This document shows positions 43,186 to 53,490 of a DNA stretch of 64,000 bases, one piece after another (positions within the stretch are counted from its first letter, which is position 1; each line of letters opens with the position of its first letter). The notes under the pieces are model-generated. The model did not search any database. It saw only the letters and a program-made list of their open reading frames with translations, and was not told the DNA's origin. This stretch comes from a virus. Where the stretch lies: the IMG/VR virus record IMGVR_UViG_3300045988_161046, positions 32,001-96,000 of that record. The stretch is one strand, 5' to 3'. A program made the translations under genes and the position numbers.

Positions 43186-45990
43186 TTACAGGGCGTACAC
43201 TGTTAACTCAACCTCGCCCATTCCCGTCTTGGCATCGATGGTGGTGTTTACCTTGTCTATGAGGCATTTCATACCGCCTATATTCCACCATTCCTGCCAG
43301 TGGTTCGGTATATCGGCCACTTGCGCTACGGTGGTGGTACATCTCACCATAAACTTCTTTCTGTTTAAGAGGAAGTAAGCGTAGGGGAGGACGAAGGTAT
43401 CAAAGAGGCCACGGGAGCGAACCTTCTTAACCACCTTACCATTTTTATCTACCTCATCTTTATCACAAAGTACTACATTTTGATACTTCGGATCACTCAA
43501 CCACGATGGTTCCTTGAAAGCACGTATCTTGAGTGAGAATTTTTCACCTTCGCCCGTTCCTTCCTGAATACCATTATAGTCAAATTCATTACCCATCATA
43601 TCCAATGAATCGCATGCCAGGGCATACTTACCAGATACGGTACGCCATTTGGACGTTCCGAAGTGGTCGTAATTATAATCGTAAGACTGGCGGGTAGCAT
43701 CGCTACCACCGCCTCGCATCAAAGCAACCGCATATCCCCAGCGTGAATCATCCTGCAACGGAGAGTTGCCATCATCGGTGCTCGAAGGGTCGTAGCTTTC
43801 TACGAGTGATAGTGTCTGCTGCATGTAGAAATCACAGAAAGCAGTAGAGATAGTCTGATTGATAATCTGCTCCACAAACTCATGCTCCATATCCTCATCT
43901 ACATAAGCACAGAGGATAGGCTGACCGTCAGCGATAGTTACACCATATTTCTTGCCGTTGTAGGAGTCGATTGCCTCGTGAGAGCCATAGGCAGCTTCTA
44001 TCTCTTTGAAATAGTTCACGTCATTAAACGGAACAGGAGTAAAATCTACCGAAATATCGTGAACGAAATCTTTGTTCTCATCACTGCAATCTCCATATTC
44101 TACACCCTTGAACTGACCTACTTCAAAGAGTACCGGTTTCAAGTCGGCTGTCGTGGTTGCATCACTATTCACTTTTACGCGATAAGCGTTGCCAGTCTTG
44201 CGGTCGATATAGCAGTGCTTATCTCCACTACTCAGATTATGGAAGAAATCGATGTAGTCGAGATTGTAGACCGTGGAATTATCGCCACTATCGGGCGCAG
44301 GGTAATCGATGTAGTCGTAATCGGTAGAGTAACCCATATTCTTGTTTCTACGGCTATCGAGTACATTCTGACGCTGATCTTTTGCATCACTCTCTGCAGA
44401 ATAGCGCATACGCACACCTGTAATTTTCTCTGTCACCGGAATCATTGAATGAATATTGGCATGAAATGTTCTTGCCTTATCGCCACTCTTGCGCAGCACA
44501 TCACGGGTGAGATAGGCTGTTACCTTCTTTTGTTCGTAATCATACGAAAACTTGATACCAAAGGCGCTTTCCAGCGAAGAGATAATGGTGCTTACACTCT
44601 CGTCGGGGAAATTCCCGCTGTTGGCTACCATATTGAGCACGTTCGCCTGAACATTGAACTTGCTGATTTTAGCCTCGATGCTGATACCGGTTACCTTGCC
44701 GCCATCATCGCGTACCTCACCTACCTGCACATGCTCGGTCGTACCCTCTGGTGTACGGAGGGTCAACTCCTGCACATCCTTATCCTCGGCTTTCACGATA
44801 TTAATCTTTCCACCGCAACCGCGGCTTTCGAGCCATGAATTGATATGCTCCTGACTTTGAAAATAACCTGTCTTTATTTCACCAGCTTTCTTCTTCTTGG
44901 CGATGACTTCGGCATCAGTTTCGCTGTAATAAGTACCATGATGAGGATGTTGAATGGTATCGTAGCTGCATACGGTCGTGAAGAAGCAGAGGTGTTTCAA
45001 ATCCTCTATCTCCATTAATGCCTTCTTGTCGAATGTAACACCAAGATAGTCAAAGAGGCAATCGAGGAAATAAAGCACATAGAAGCAGATACCAGACTGC
45101 GGGCGTTTTGCATCCAATACCCAATAAGGATAAAGGTCTTCATTCGTCCAGGTACAATCCTTCATGCTGATAATGCCGCTATCAGTTTTTTTTCCTTCTT
45201 CGTCCAAACCATGATGTTTATAACAGATACGTGCGTTGCAATAAGAAGCGGCTCTACCCGCGCCGTCGGTTTCACCATAGGCTGCGGCGGTATTGATGTA
45301 GTTTCCGTTACTAGCGATGGCAGGCTCATTTACAATGTGGTTCTGGGGATAGGAGCGCTCTGACATAATCTTAGCATCTCCTTTTTTGTGATGGGTGCCT
45401 GTAGTAGTCCATTCCACGCAATTAGCAGGATAAGAGAAACCGAGTGCCTGCGGTTCGAGAACCTTGCTTACGCTTACGTGGGCGGCTCTGATTTCGTGGA
45501 TTTCCGTCTTATCATCCTTATGCTTACCTCCGGTAACAAAAACATTTACCTTTACCACAGGGTCGCTCTCTATATCCACCCTCACATTACCTATCTTCTC
45601 GCCGATGATAATCTGGTCCTTGACCGGAATATCACGACATTGCAGGTCGCTGATAAGCTCGCTGAAACTCTGGGTGCTGGCATCGATGTTCATACTGAGG
45701 GAATCGGTTATCTCCTCATCGTCCTGCATGACCAAGGTACCGCTGCGGAATGGCAGTCCGTCGGCATGAATGCGGGTAGGCAGGTGCTCCATGTTTACGG
45801 CTTTTACCGCTGCATGCACGTCTTCTATGTTCTTTACCAGCCAGCGGTTGCCATCTAGCGGAATAGAGAAAGGATAGGAGAACATTTCCGTATCGTTGAA
45901 CACAGGGTTCTGGTCCTCTATATCTATAGAGAAATCATCGGGCAAAGCTACCGGCTTGTCATTGATTAATATCGTAAGATGCGAGTTCAT
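43186..45990 (-). CDS. large virion (baseplate/tail) protein
   Basis: 934-aa ORF; assigned by position only. Confidence 0.4.
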   Translation of the reverse strand: MNSHLTILINDKPVALPDDFSIDIEDQNPVFNDTEMFSYPFSIPLDGNRWLVKNIEDVHAAVKAVNMEHLPTRIHADGLPFRSGTLVMQDDEEITDSLSMNIDASTQSFSELISDLQCRDIPVKDQIIIGEKIGNVRVDIESDPVVKVNVFVTGGKHKDDKTEIHEIRAAHVSVSKVLEPQALGFSYPANCVEWTTTGTHHKKGDAKIMSERSYPQNHIVNEPAIASNGNYINTAAAYGETDGAGRAASYCNARICYKHHGLDEEGKKTDSGIISMKDCTWTNEDLYPYWVLDAKRPQSGICFYVLYFLDCLFDYLGVTFDKKALMEIEDLKHLCFFTTVCSYDTIQHPHHGTYYSETDAEVIAKKKKAGEIKTGYFQSQEHINSWLESRGCGGKINIVKAEDKDVQELTLRTPEGTTEHVQVGEVRDDGGKVTGISIEAKISKFNVQANVLNMVANSGNFPDESVSTIISSLESAFGIKFSYDYEQKKVTAYLTRDVLRKSGDKARTFHANIHSMIPVTEKITGVRMRYSAESDAKDQRQNVLDSRRNKNMGYSTDYDYIDYPAPDSGDNSTVYNLDYIDFFHNLSSGDKHCYIDRKTGNAYRVKVNSDATTTADLKPVLFEVGQFKGVEYGDCSDENKDFVHDISVDFTPVPFNDVNYFKEIEAAYGSHEAIDSYNGKKYGVTIADGQPILCAYVDEDMEHEFVEQIINQTISTAFCDFYMQQTLSLVESYDPSSTDDGNSPLQDDSRWGYAVALMRGGGSDATRQSYDYNYDHFGTSKWRTVSGKYALACDSLDMMGNEFDYNGIQEGTGEGEKFSLKIRAFKEPSWLSDPKYQNVVLCDKDEVDKNGKVVKKVRSRGLFDTFVLPYAYFLLNRKKFMVRCTTTVAQVADIPNHWQEWWNIGGMKCLIDKVNTTIDAKTGMGEVELTVYAL

Positions 45991-45997
45991 ATTCTGA

Positions 45998-46034
45998 TTT
46001 TTTACCTTTTTACCTTTTTACTTTTTTACCTTTA
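45998..46034 (-). repeat. A-rich GGTAAAAAG junction repeat
   Basis: Minus strand TAAAGGTAAAAAAGTAAAAAGGTAAAAAGGTAAAAAA between two ORFs. Confidence 0.8.
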
Positions 46035-46044
46035 AATAGCCTTT

Positions 46045-46698
46045 TTACCCTCTTAACATTATCTGTGCACTATCGTACAAATCTATGAGTCGATCGGTAA
46101 AAGTTTCGATGGTTGCCGTGCCAAAGGCATTGATTTTCTGATGCCCATGGTCGTGAAGGGTGCCATCGGTAATGAAGACTACACTCTGGTCGTAGCTCTC
46201 TGCCTCGCTGCCCGTCACCAGGTGGGCATAGTTTCGGGCGATACCGTAACCTGCCTTGATGGTTGCCTTGCTGCCATCCAATAACTCTATCTTGCAGCCT
46301 TCATTCATTACGAGGGCGGTAGCGGCATTATGAAGGATGACGTGCGCCTTGCCGAGGACGTATATCTTTCGGGAGGAGTAGAGATGTATCACCTCGTCTG
46401 TATCGCCCACAAGGACGGTTCCGGTAGGCGAATCTTCGTTGTAGAAGATGCCACCCTGATTTATATCTGCCTTGAACTCCGGATATACGGCTTTGAAGGC
46501 ATCGATTACCTGCTGCGGTACCTCGGTGATTAAGCCATGCCAGTACTTGCGCCACGCCTCGCACATATCCGGAATGCTCTGCGTGCTTTTGAAGGCATGC
46601 TGGGATTCCTGGCAGTTCCCGCTCTGGGCGAGGATATTGACGCAAAGGGTTTTAAAACGCTGCGTGCGCTGTTCTTGGGTTTCTTTATTCTTTGCCAT
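46045..46698 (-). CDS. hypothetical protein
   Basis: 217-aa ORF after an N25 promoter module. Confidence 0.5.
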   Translation of the reverse strand: MAKNKETQEQRTQRFKTLCVNILAQSGNCQESQHAFKSTQSIPDMCEAWRKYWHGLITEVPQQVIDAFKAVYPEFKADINQGGIFYNEDSPTGTVLVGDTDEVIHLYSSRKIYVLGKAHVILHNAATALVMNEGCKIELLDGSKATIKAGYGIARNYAHLVTGSEAESYDQSVVFITDGTLHDHGHQKINAFGTATIETFTDRLIDLYDSAQIMLRG

Positions 46699-46723
46699 TG
46701 CTTTTTTCTTTTTATTTATATGG

Positions 46724-46760
46724 CAAAGATAGGGGGTTTTTTCTTATTAGGGGGGACATA
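46724..46760 (-). promoter_or_regulatory. N25-class promoter-like module (TATGTCCC variant)-N21-TATCTTTG
   Basis: Minus strand TATGTCCCCCCTAATAAGAAAAAACCCCCTATCTTTG. Confidence 0.5.
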
Positions 46761-46769
46761 AAAAAAGAA

Positions 46770-46800
46770 CCCAGCGATTGAATCGCTGGGAACGGGGGCG
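46770..46800 (+). repeat. GAACGG-hairpin repeat copy 6
   Basis: CCCAGCGAT-TGA-ATCGCTGGG; followed by a T-run on the minus strand. Confidence 0.9.
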
Positions 46801-46808
46801 AGATGGAA

Positions 46809-47921
46809 TTATGCTTCGGGATCCTCTTTGGCTTCTTCTATAGTCTTTGTGAGAATAGCTTCATAGCCGGAAAGCTCCTCTTCGGTCACGATGTCAGAGT
46901 AATCCTGGCGAAGTTGGTCTATGCGCTCCTTGATGCCTTTCACTCTCGTCTGGGTAGATGGCTTATCCTTGCGAAGGATATACTTGATGCGGGCATCGGC
47001 TTCTGCCTTGTGCTTGGCGGCTGCATCACGGGCTGCCTTTACTTCCGGACGATCGTTGGCTATCTTCTCGGCTACCTGCTCGGCAAAATGAGGGTCACGA
47101 GACTGCGCCTTCTCATAGAACGGCTTGAACTGGGTGCGGAGGGTCTGAGGGTCGATAGTAAAGGCTTTCTTTGCATAGGCGATATACTCAGGGTCTCCGG
47201 TCTTCTCGCTCAGTCGCAGGTAACACTCACCCATCTCTCTATCTACTGCCTTAAATATCTCCGGAAGAATATCGCTTTCGATTTCTACGGCTCTTGTGGC
47301 GAGAGCGGCAATCTCATCCTCGGTATAGATGGCGCTTTTGCCTTGTGAGATGGCTTTCTCGTTGGCTTCTGCCACCGTCTTAGCCTGCTCTGCTTTACTT
47401 GCCATCTCGTTGCGGAGTTCACACACGGTGTTCACCTGCTCCTGAAGGGCTGTAGAGAGGAACGGGCGCAACTGCATCAGGTTTGGCATTGTGGCAGCGA
47501 TACTTTCGCCATTAGGGTTGGCTACGATACCGTTGTAAGTGAGTGGCTGCAGGGTGGTGTCCGGTTTCAGGCTAGGGAAGAGAGACTGCTTCGCCTCTTC
47601 CAGGGCTTTCTGCTTCTGAAGTTCTGCATAGGCAGCCTGTTCCTGCTTGGTAGGTCGGCCAACACGCCGCTTGTCGGTAGCAGATGATGCAGCGTTGACT
47701 TGAGAGTTGCTGTAGCTGTTGAGATAGGCTATCATCTGTCGGGTACGGCGATGATAATCTTTAAACTTGCGAGAGTTCTCAATAAACGAACGTGCGTTAC
47801 TTGCACCTTCCAGTAGAGACAATCCCTGCTCATAGGCATCTTTCTGTTCCTGAGTAAGCATTCTTGCGCCGATAGCTGGCTTCAAGATACTGATGATTTC
47901 CTGTAAAGATAAATTTTCCAT
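46809..47921 (-). CDS. hypothetical helical protein
   Basis: 370 aa, A/E/K/Q-rich. Confidence 0.5.
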   Translation of the reverse strand: MENLSLQEIISILKPAIGARMLTQEQKDAYEQGLSLLEGASNARSFIENSRKFKDYHRRTRQMIAYLNSYSNSQVNAASSATDKRRVGRPTKQEQAAYAELQKQKALEEAKQSLFPSLKPDTTLQPLTYNGIVANPNGESIAATMPNLMQLRPFLSTALQEQVNTVCELRNEMASKAEQAKTVAEANEKAISQGKSAIYTEDEIAALATRAVEIESDILPEIFKAVDREMGECYLRLSEKTGDPEYIAYAKKAFTIDPQTLRTQFKPFYEKAQSRDPHFAEQVAEKIANDRPEVKAARDAAAKHKAEADARIKYILRKDKPSTQTRVKGIKERIDQLRQDYSDIVTEEELSGYEAILTKTIEEAKEDPEA

Positions 47922-48051
47922 AAATCCTTGTTGTTGTTATTTATTTGAAAATTAAGAATATTTTTTGCCTGTTTTAGGCTTGATTCCAGATTAAACGTCA
48001 AATTAAGCGGTTTTTGAAACGCTTGATATGACATTAATGCGGAAATAAGTC

Positions 48052-49215
48052 TTAGCACAGGATAGGAGTAACGAAGATACGAGAACCTTTTTGGTTGTTG
48101 TCGTAACCTTCGCTGCCACCTTTGTTATCCGATGATGAAACAATGGAGGCGTTACTCATCGATGATGAAGAGGTACTGCCTTCTACGGCACTCTCAGCTT
48201 TGACTGCATCGAGTTTGGCTTGCTTCTCGGCTTCCTCTTTCTTCAGCAACCGATGAATGCTTTCCCTTACGGTGATGACATCATTGTGCGCTGTGGAGCG
48301 GGTCAATTTATCAAAATTGATAACTGATGTACGCTCCTTGAGATAGGCGGCTACAAGCTGGCGTGCCTTCTTCAGCATCTTGTCGTTCTCATCGGCTTGC
48401 AGGAGACGAGGAATGAAGTCTTCGCCAAAAGCTTCTTCCAGATACTCGCTCTGAATGAAAAGCATATCTGGGATGAGACGGACGAACTTATCTCTGTTGC
48501 CGTAAATATCAAGATATGGCTGCAAAGACTCGCAGGTAGGGAAAAGCAGATTCCGATGATAGTAATAGTACTTGCTCTCCTGCCAAAGGGTTACGATTTT
48601 CTCTATCGCTTCATGCTGCTTTGCCTCGGTTTCAGCTGCATTATCTTTGCCGCTATCGGTTCCTTCATCTGTTCCTTCAGATGAGGAACCCTGGTTACTG
48701 CCATCTGAAGGGGTGCTGCCTTCTACACCATCGCCCGCTGTATCGATAGGCATAGGGGTATTCACTTCCTTTGCCCATCCCTCCAAGAGGGAAAGCAGGT
48801 TATTGAGCGAGGTCATTGCTGACTGGCGATAGCTTTCCTTGCCTTGAGCAATCTGCTTGTCGGTGGCTACGGCATAGTCGTTGCTGGAGGCTACGTTGAT
48901 ACCGGAGCCATTCACAGAAAGGGCTTGCTTCTCGATGTTCTGCGCCATCGCATCATTCACAATCATGCGCTGGGCTAAAAGCAGAAGCTCATTCCATGGG
49001 TCGTTGACGTAGGTACCATCAGCAACCGCATCGCAGAAGACTGAGGGTTCTATGCTCGCATACTGCTTGCAGAGACGGTCGTATAGGGATGCTCCCAAGC
49101 GAGGCTTCAAAAAGTCCTTTTCGCTGTTGTCGAGCATACCCTGCAGGTTGGCTACATCGTCCACGGCATTGCTGGGGAGATGGAGCCTAAGTTCTTGATT
49201 CGTAAAGAGTATCAT
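48052..49215 (-). CDS. hypothetical protein
   Basis: 387-aa ORF. Confidence 0.5.
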   Translation of the reverse strand: MILFTNQELRLHLPSNAVDDVANLQGMLDNSEKDFLKPRLGASLYDRLCKQYASIEPSVFCDAVADGTYVNDPWNELLLLAQRMIVNDAMAQNIEKQALSVNGSGINVASSNDYAVATDKQIAQGKESYRQSAMTSLNNLLSLLEGWAKEVNTPMPIDTAGDGVEGSTPSDGSNQGSSSEGTDEGTDSGKDNAAETEAKQHEAIEKIVTLWQESKYYYYHRNLLFPTCESLQPYLDIYGNRDKFVRLIPDMLFIQSEYLEEAFGEDFIPRLLQADENDKMLKKARQLVAAYLKERTSVINFDKLTRSTAHNDVITVRESIHRLLKKEEAEKQAKLDAVKAESAVEGSTSSSSMSNASIVSSSDNKGGSEGYDNNQKGSRIFVTPILC

Positions 49216-49222
49216 ATCCTTA

Positions 49223-49260
49223 TTTTTTTACCTTTTTACTTTTTTACTTTTTTACCTTTA
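49223..49260 (-). repeat. A-rich GGTAAAAAG junction repeat
   Basis: Spans the stop of 49258..51075 to just before the ATG at 49215. Confidence 0.8.
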
Positions 49261-51075
49261 AGAGACCTCTTGTTTCGCCACTCCGGTCTTCGAGTTATCG
49301 AGGGTAGTCAATACCTCCCGGTCAACCTGCCATACCAGGTGCTCGTCCCAATCGTTGAAGCGGCTCAAGACTTCCAGCGGGCGTATCATCAACTGCTGCA
49401 ATGGGGCAAACTGAATCTGCTTGACCAGGAAACGCTCTCTCAGGTCGGTACCGCCAGAGGACGCTGTATCACCAGGGGTGTTGCCGATGAGCTTTGCATC
49501 GAGACCCATGGCAAAGAAGATGATGCTGCTTATTTCCTGTAACTCGGTCTTGTCGGCATTCGCCTGATCATTTGCCTTGGTTTCGATTTCCACGATTTCC
49601 CAAGCCTTGTGCTCCTTTCCGTCGCTTCCCGTAAAGGCAGAAGAGATGAGTGCCTGACCTGCATTATCAGGGTTGGCGAGCCATGTATTGATGGAAGTGA
49701 AGATTTCATTCTGAATCTCACCCTGGGTTTTCTTTTTCTTCTCACCCTGCTGCTGATAGAGCCTGCTGATATAGTCCTGGTGGATATAGATGACACGACC
49801 GATGATGTTGCTGTTGCGCTTTCGGGTGAGGCGGTCATCTACGATGGTGAAGGCATATTCAAAGATGCTGCCGGCAAAGATGGAGTGCCAAAGGGCATCG
49901 GCATAATACGGACCACCGAAATCACGTGGCGACATGATGAAGCGGGTAGGGCGTTTCTTGCGGCTTACCTGCTTCTGACGTGCCTCACGTATCTTGCGCT
50001 GCAAATCCTTTACGGCTGATGTGGTAGGGAGATAAGGGATAGCCGCTATCTTGCGGTCTTCCTCCTTCTGCACACCGACGTATTGGGTTGGGTCGAGCCA
50101 CTGGTTGCTGACGTAGGCATAGTTGATGCGGTAGTTCTCGTCCATTCGTTCCAGTCGGGTGGTGAAAATACTGCGATGCTTCAGACCGATTACCTTCGGG
50201 GTCCATTGAGCGGTAGGAACAGCCTTGCCGTTTTCGTCGAGGGAACGCTGATTAAGCTGAAGTTCTACAAAGCATTGTGACATCAGAGCCATATCTCCTG
50301 CCAGGTCGAGGAAGGTCTGCATCAGGTCGTTATTCTCTATGAAATCACGAAGCTGGGTATTGGTTTCTTCCCATTTGTGGAGGGCTTCTTTCAGAGATTT
50401 CATCTCCTCGCTTTCCTCTTCATCGGAGGATAAGACCTGCGATGAAATCGCAGGGAACGGAGTCTCCTCTTGCTGAGACTGCCCGTTCTGGCTCTGCTGC
50501 TCGCTCTGGCGCTTGGCTTCGGCGGCTGCCTCTTCCTTGGCTTTGAGGTCGGCTATCTGACCACGGAGCAGAACTCCTGCACTCTCGTAGGGGATATATT
50601 TCTCTGTGATGTTTCCGCCTACATACTGGGTATAGTGATACTTTGGGGCGGGACCGCGACCTACCAGTATCTTCTTGATGTAATCAACTCCTGCTGCCGT
50701 AAAGGGCGACATACGGGAGAGCATCCAGATAAGGTTTGGCAGTCGGTTGGACATACCCCATTCCATAAAGCCTAAGCCTTCGGTACCTACGTCTTTCGGT
50801 TTACCCATGTTCTCGCCGCCACTTGATGCAAAGATTGTGGAGACTTGCTGACGTGCTGCAGAACCGCTTGCGTCGCCACCGCTTGCCGACATACCGGCTG
50901 TGGTCAGGAGCATGCTGTGAACGTAGTCGTTCCAGGAGAAGACTTTACCGCCACCATTCTTAAGCGGCGTAAAGGCATCCGGGCGAACGGCTACATAGCC
51001 TGCATCTTTCAGTTCCTCACTACGCTGTTGGAGCTGCTGCAGGTTGGTTACTCTGTTTCTGTTTTTGCTTGCCAT
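49258..51075 (-). CDS. portal-like protein (low confidence)
   Basis: 605 aa; heads an operon behind an N25 module; the C-terminal third has a portal-like pattern (from memory); the acidic insert contains hairpin-repeat copy 12. Confidence 0.35.
   Translation of the reverse strand: MASKNRNRVTNLQQLQQRSEELKDAGYVAVRPDAFTPLKNGGGKVFSWNDYVHSMLLTTAGMSASGGDASGSAARQQVSTIFASSGGENMGKPKDVGTEGLGFMEWGMSNRLPNLIWMLSRMSPFTAAGVDYIKKILVGRGPAPKYHYTQYVGGNITEKYIPYESAGVLLRGQIADLKAKEEAAAEAKRQSEQQSQNGQSQQEETPFPAISSQVLSSDEEESEEMKSLKEALHKWEETNTQLRDFIENNDLMQTFLDLAGDMALMSQCFVELQLNQRSLDENGKAVPTAQWTPKVIGLKHRSIFTTRLERMDENYRINYAYVSNQWLDPTQYVGVQKEEDRKIAAIPYLPTTSAVKDLQRKIREARQKQVSRKKRPTRFIMSPRDFGGPYYADALWHSIFAGSIFEYAFTIVDDRLTRKRNSNIIGRVIYIHQDYISRLYQQQGEKKKKTQGEIQNEIFTSINTWLANPDNAGQALISSAFTGSDGKEHKAWEIVEIETKANDQANADKTELQEISSIIFFAMGLDAKLIGNTPGDTASSGGTDLRERFLVKQIQFAPLQQLMIRPLEVLSRFNDWDEHLVWQVDREVLTTLDNSKTGVAKQEVS
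50436..50464 (+). repeat. GAACGG-hairpin repeat copy 12 (inside ORF, diverged)
   Basis: CCTGCGAT-GAA-ATCGCAGG + GAACGGAG; compensated A>T / T>A in the stem. Confidence 0.75.
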
Positions 51076-51173
51076 TTTTTTTGCGTTTCTTTTTTTTATG
51101 TTATCCTGAATATGATTGAAAGAGAGAAGGGTGGCGATATACGCACACCCGCTTTATCTCCTTGTTTCTGAGT

Positions 51174-51211
51174 GTAAAGTTAGGGCTTTTTATGGTTTTG
51201 GTGGGGACAAA
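51174..51211 (-). promoter_or_regulatory. N25-class promoter-like module TTTGTCCC-N21-TAACTTTA
   Basis: Minus strand TTTGTCCCCACCAAAACCATAAAAAGCCCTAACTTTA. Confidence 0.45.
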
Positions 51212-51223
51212 GAGGGGAGGGGA

Positions 51224-51253
51224 CCAGCGATAGAATCGCTGGGAACGGAGGCT
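51224..51253 (+). repeat. GAACGG-hairpin repeat copy 7
   Basis: Hairpin 51224-51242. Confidence 0.9.
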
Positions 51254-51260
51254 CCTCTTC

Positions 51261-51400
51261 TTATTCATAATTAATAATGATCATAAAATCTTTGGCGATG
51301 GAGGAGATGGCGTTACTGATACCCCCCCCGATTTCTAACCTTTGGGAGTGAGGGTTGGAGTACCAATCACCATCGGCTCTGCCTCTGCTTGCGCAGGTTC
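51261..51400 (-). pseudogene. C5-MTase TRD remnant (no usable start; internal TAG/TGA; G8 tract)
   Basis: My translation gives 'VIGTPTLTPKG*' and, in another frame, 'RLEIGGGISNAISSIAKDFMIIINYE*'. Confidence 0.4.
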
Positions 51401-51583
51401 TTATTCGTATTGTTGCCATAAAAGATTATCTTTCGTTACGGTGGAAATGCAGTTACTCCAGGGGTAGGAGCTTGGGCGATGATACTTATCCTGATAGCGG
51501 CAACCGCCTCTGTCGCCGTGTATCTTGCGATATGCCTTCGCTTCCTCGGTGCGATAGTGGGTAATGATGGCTTGCTTAATCAT
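51401..51583 (-). pseudogene. C5-MTase TRD mini-ORF e (RTEEAK...TKDNLL type)
   Basis: MIKQAIITHYRTEEAKAYRKIHG...NCISTVTKDNLLWQQYE*. Confidence 0.45.
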
Positions 51584-51740
51584 ACTCCACAAATATTTTG
51601 GGATGAAGTCCACCTCCCCCACATGTATTACAAGCAGGGGCTATGCCTTTTACCGAATACACTCGTTTTGCCAGTTGAAAGCGCTTATCAAAAGGAGGCG
51701 TATTCAGCAAGCCTACTACTATCGTATGTATTTCGTTCAT
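51576..51740 (-). pseudogene. C5-MTase TRD mini-ORF d (RVYS..GIAP..GGGG..PKI type)
   Basis: MNEIHTIVVGLLNTPPFDKRFQLAKRVYSVKGIAPACNTCGGGGLHPKIFVEYD*. Confidence 0.45.
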
Positions 51741-51749
51741 AACTTTTCT

Positions 51750-51926
51750 TTATTCATATCTGAAGGCAAGGAGATTATCCTTCGTGTGGAAGGTACCGAT
51801 GCACTGCATCAGGAAGCTGTCACGGAAGAAGATGGCTTTATCACGATAATCGTTGGTGCCAGTCTGCTTGCGTACTTCCTTGGCGTGCTCTGTTCTTGCC
51901 TCGTGAATGGCTAATATCTTAATCAT
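51750..51926 (-). pseudogene. C5-MTase TRD mini-ORF c (RTEHAK...TKDNLL type)
   Basis: MIKILAIHEARTEHAKEVRKQTGTNDYRDKAIFFRDSFLMQCIGTFHTKDNLLAFRYE*. Confidence 0.45.
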
Positions 51927-52020
51927 ATTCTATTAATACAAGGGGTGGCATATCATTAGGGTCATTCTCTTTCTCTTCGGAAGGAGGAATACTGCCTTTA
52001 TCTATTATAACCTTATTCAT
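51919..52020 (-). pseudogene. 33-aa linker mini-ORF b ending LIEYD*
   Basis: MNKVIIDKGSIPPSEEKENDPNDMPPLVLIEYD*. Confidence 0.35.
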
Positions 52021-52162
52021 ACTCTAATAATATTTTCGGTTTATCAACATCATGCCCTTTGCCCCCCCCACAAAGGCATAGGGCAATACCTTTCGGATGC
52101 ACGATAATGCCATTTTGGGATGGACTATAAGAACCGAGGATAATAGGACGATTACAAATCAT
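52013..52162 (-). pseudogene. C5-MTase TRD mini-ORF a (contains G8 tract)
   Basis: MICNRPIILGSYSPSQNGIIVHPKGIALCLCGGGKGHDVDKPKILLEYE*; ATGA overlap with the upstream ORF. Confidence 0.45.
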
Positions 52163-53460
52163 TTCTTCTCCAAAAACTGATGATACAAATTATCTAACTT
52201 TGGATTTTGGAACTTGCCGTTCTCTTTCCAGTCATTGAACAGCGGCATGATGATGTCCTCGTGAGCAGAAGAAATCTCCTCCTGCAGTTCTTTTAGAGTG
52301 CAATTCCAAAGATGCGCCTCTTCTATATAAAGAGTGAGGATGGCTTTCAATGCCATTGCATTCTCGTGGCTCGGCTCTATCTCGAACTGATGGAAGACGC
52401 AGGTGTCTTTATCGTTTGCCTGGAGGAATTTGCTGACGGCTTCATCTTTCAGGAAGAACCTTGTATCTACTTCTTCCTGCAACACATCTTCCAGCTTTCT
52501 CTTCAGCGGAATAGGGTCGGGGAACTGGTAATCGAAGGCTACATCTTTTCTCATCGAGAGGCAGAATACTCGGTCGCGGTTCTGCGGAACACCATAGTCT
52601 TTGGCATTGAGTCTTGCCCATCGGCTTACGTAACCGAGAGATGAGAGCTTATCAAGCCACTTCTGAAAATCGGGCATAAACTTCTCACTTACCAGGGCTG
52701 CCACATTCTCCTGGAGTAGATACTTCGGTCGCAATACTTCCACGGCATCGGCTACTCGCCACAATAATGCCGAGCGGGTATCGGAACCTTCCTTCAAACC
52801 CATCTGCTTGCCGGCTTGCGATATATCCTGACAAGGTGAGGAATAGGTAAAGAGGTCGATTTCTTGCCCCCCCACATTACGCTTTACCTGTTGCCAGTCG
52901 ATTTTGGTTATATCGCCCAAGGCTTTGTCGGCAAACTGCGGAAAGATGAGATTGTGCATCTGACAGGCATACTTATCTATATCGCTCCAGCCTACACACG
53001 TCCAGCGGAAATCAGGGTGCTGCTGGGCGAGGACATCGGCTGCCATCAACTGCGAGTCGTAACCGGAGAAGGTGGTGAGGATAAGTTTCTCGCCATGGTT
53101 CTTATCTACCGGATAGGTAGGGAGTTGGTCTTCTGGGAAGAAATCGGCAAAAAATGAAGTCTGCGCCTCATGCTTCGGTTCTTTCGGGTACCAGAGTTGC
53201 TGATAGATGGCTGCGAGCACATCTACCACGATGGAGTTACCTGCCTGCTTGTATTGCTGACTGGCTGATACTGCCATATCTTCTGCCTTTCCCTTGCTCT
53301 TATAGCCGGCTACTCGCTCGGCTGCCTGGGCGTTGGTACTTTGCATCGTGCGGATCACATCATCACGCACACCCATCAGTCGAAAACACTCGAAGGGTGT
53401 CAGCTTTCGGATGGCATAAGACTTAATGGTCTTATCCTTGAAATTGAACTTTGTTATCAT
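52159..53460 (-). CDS. cytosine-C5 DNA methyltransferase, circularly permuted motif order (IX-X then I-IV-VI-VIII)
   Basis: 'IRKLTPFECFRLMGV' (IX), 'YKQAGNSIVVDVL' (X), 'LTTFSGYDSQ' (I), 'SSPCQDIS' (IV), 'LLQENVAAL' (VI), 'VPQNRDRVF' (VIII). Confidence 0.8.
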   Translation of the reverse strand: MITKFNFKDKTIKSYAIRKLTPFECFRLMGVRDDVIRTMQSTNAQAAERVAGYKSKGKAEDMAVSASQQYKQAGNSIVVDVLAAIYQQLWYPKEPKHEAQTSFFADFFPEDQLPTYPVDKNHGEKLILTTFSGYDSQLMAADVLAQQHPDFRWTCVGWSDIDKYACQMHNLIFPQFADKALGDITKIDWQQVKRNVGGQEIDLFTYSSPCQDISQAGKQMGLKEGSDTRSALLWRVADAVEVLRPKYLLQENVAALVSEKFMPDFQKWLDKLSSLGYVSRWARLNAKDYGVPQNRDRVFCLSMRKDVAFDYQFPDPIPLKRKLEDVLQEEVDTRFFLKDEAVSKFLQANDKDTCVFHQFEIEPSHENAMALKAILTLYIEEAHLWNCTLKELQEEISSAHEDIIMPLFNDWKENGKFQNPKLDNLYHQFLEKK

Positions 53461-53490
53461 CTTGTTTTGCTCTATAAATCTTTTCTTTGT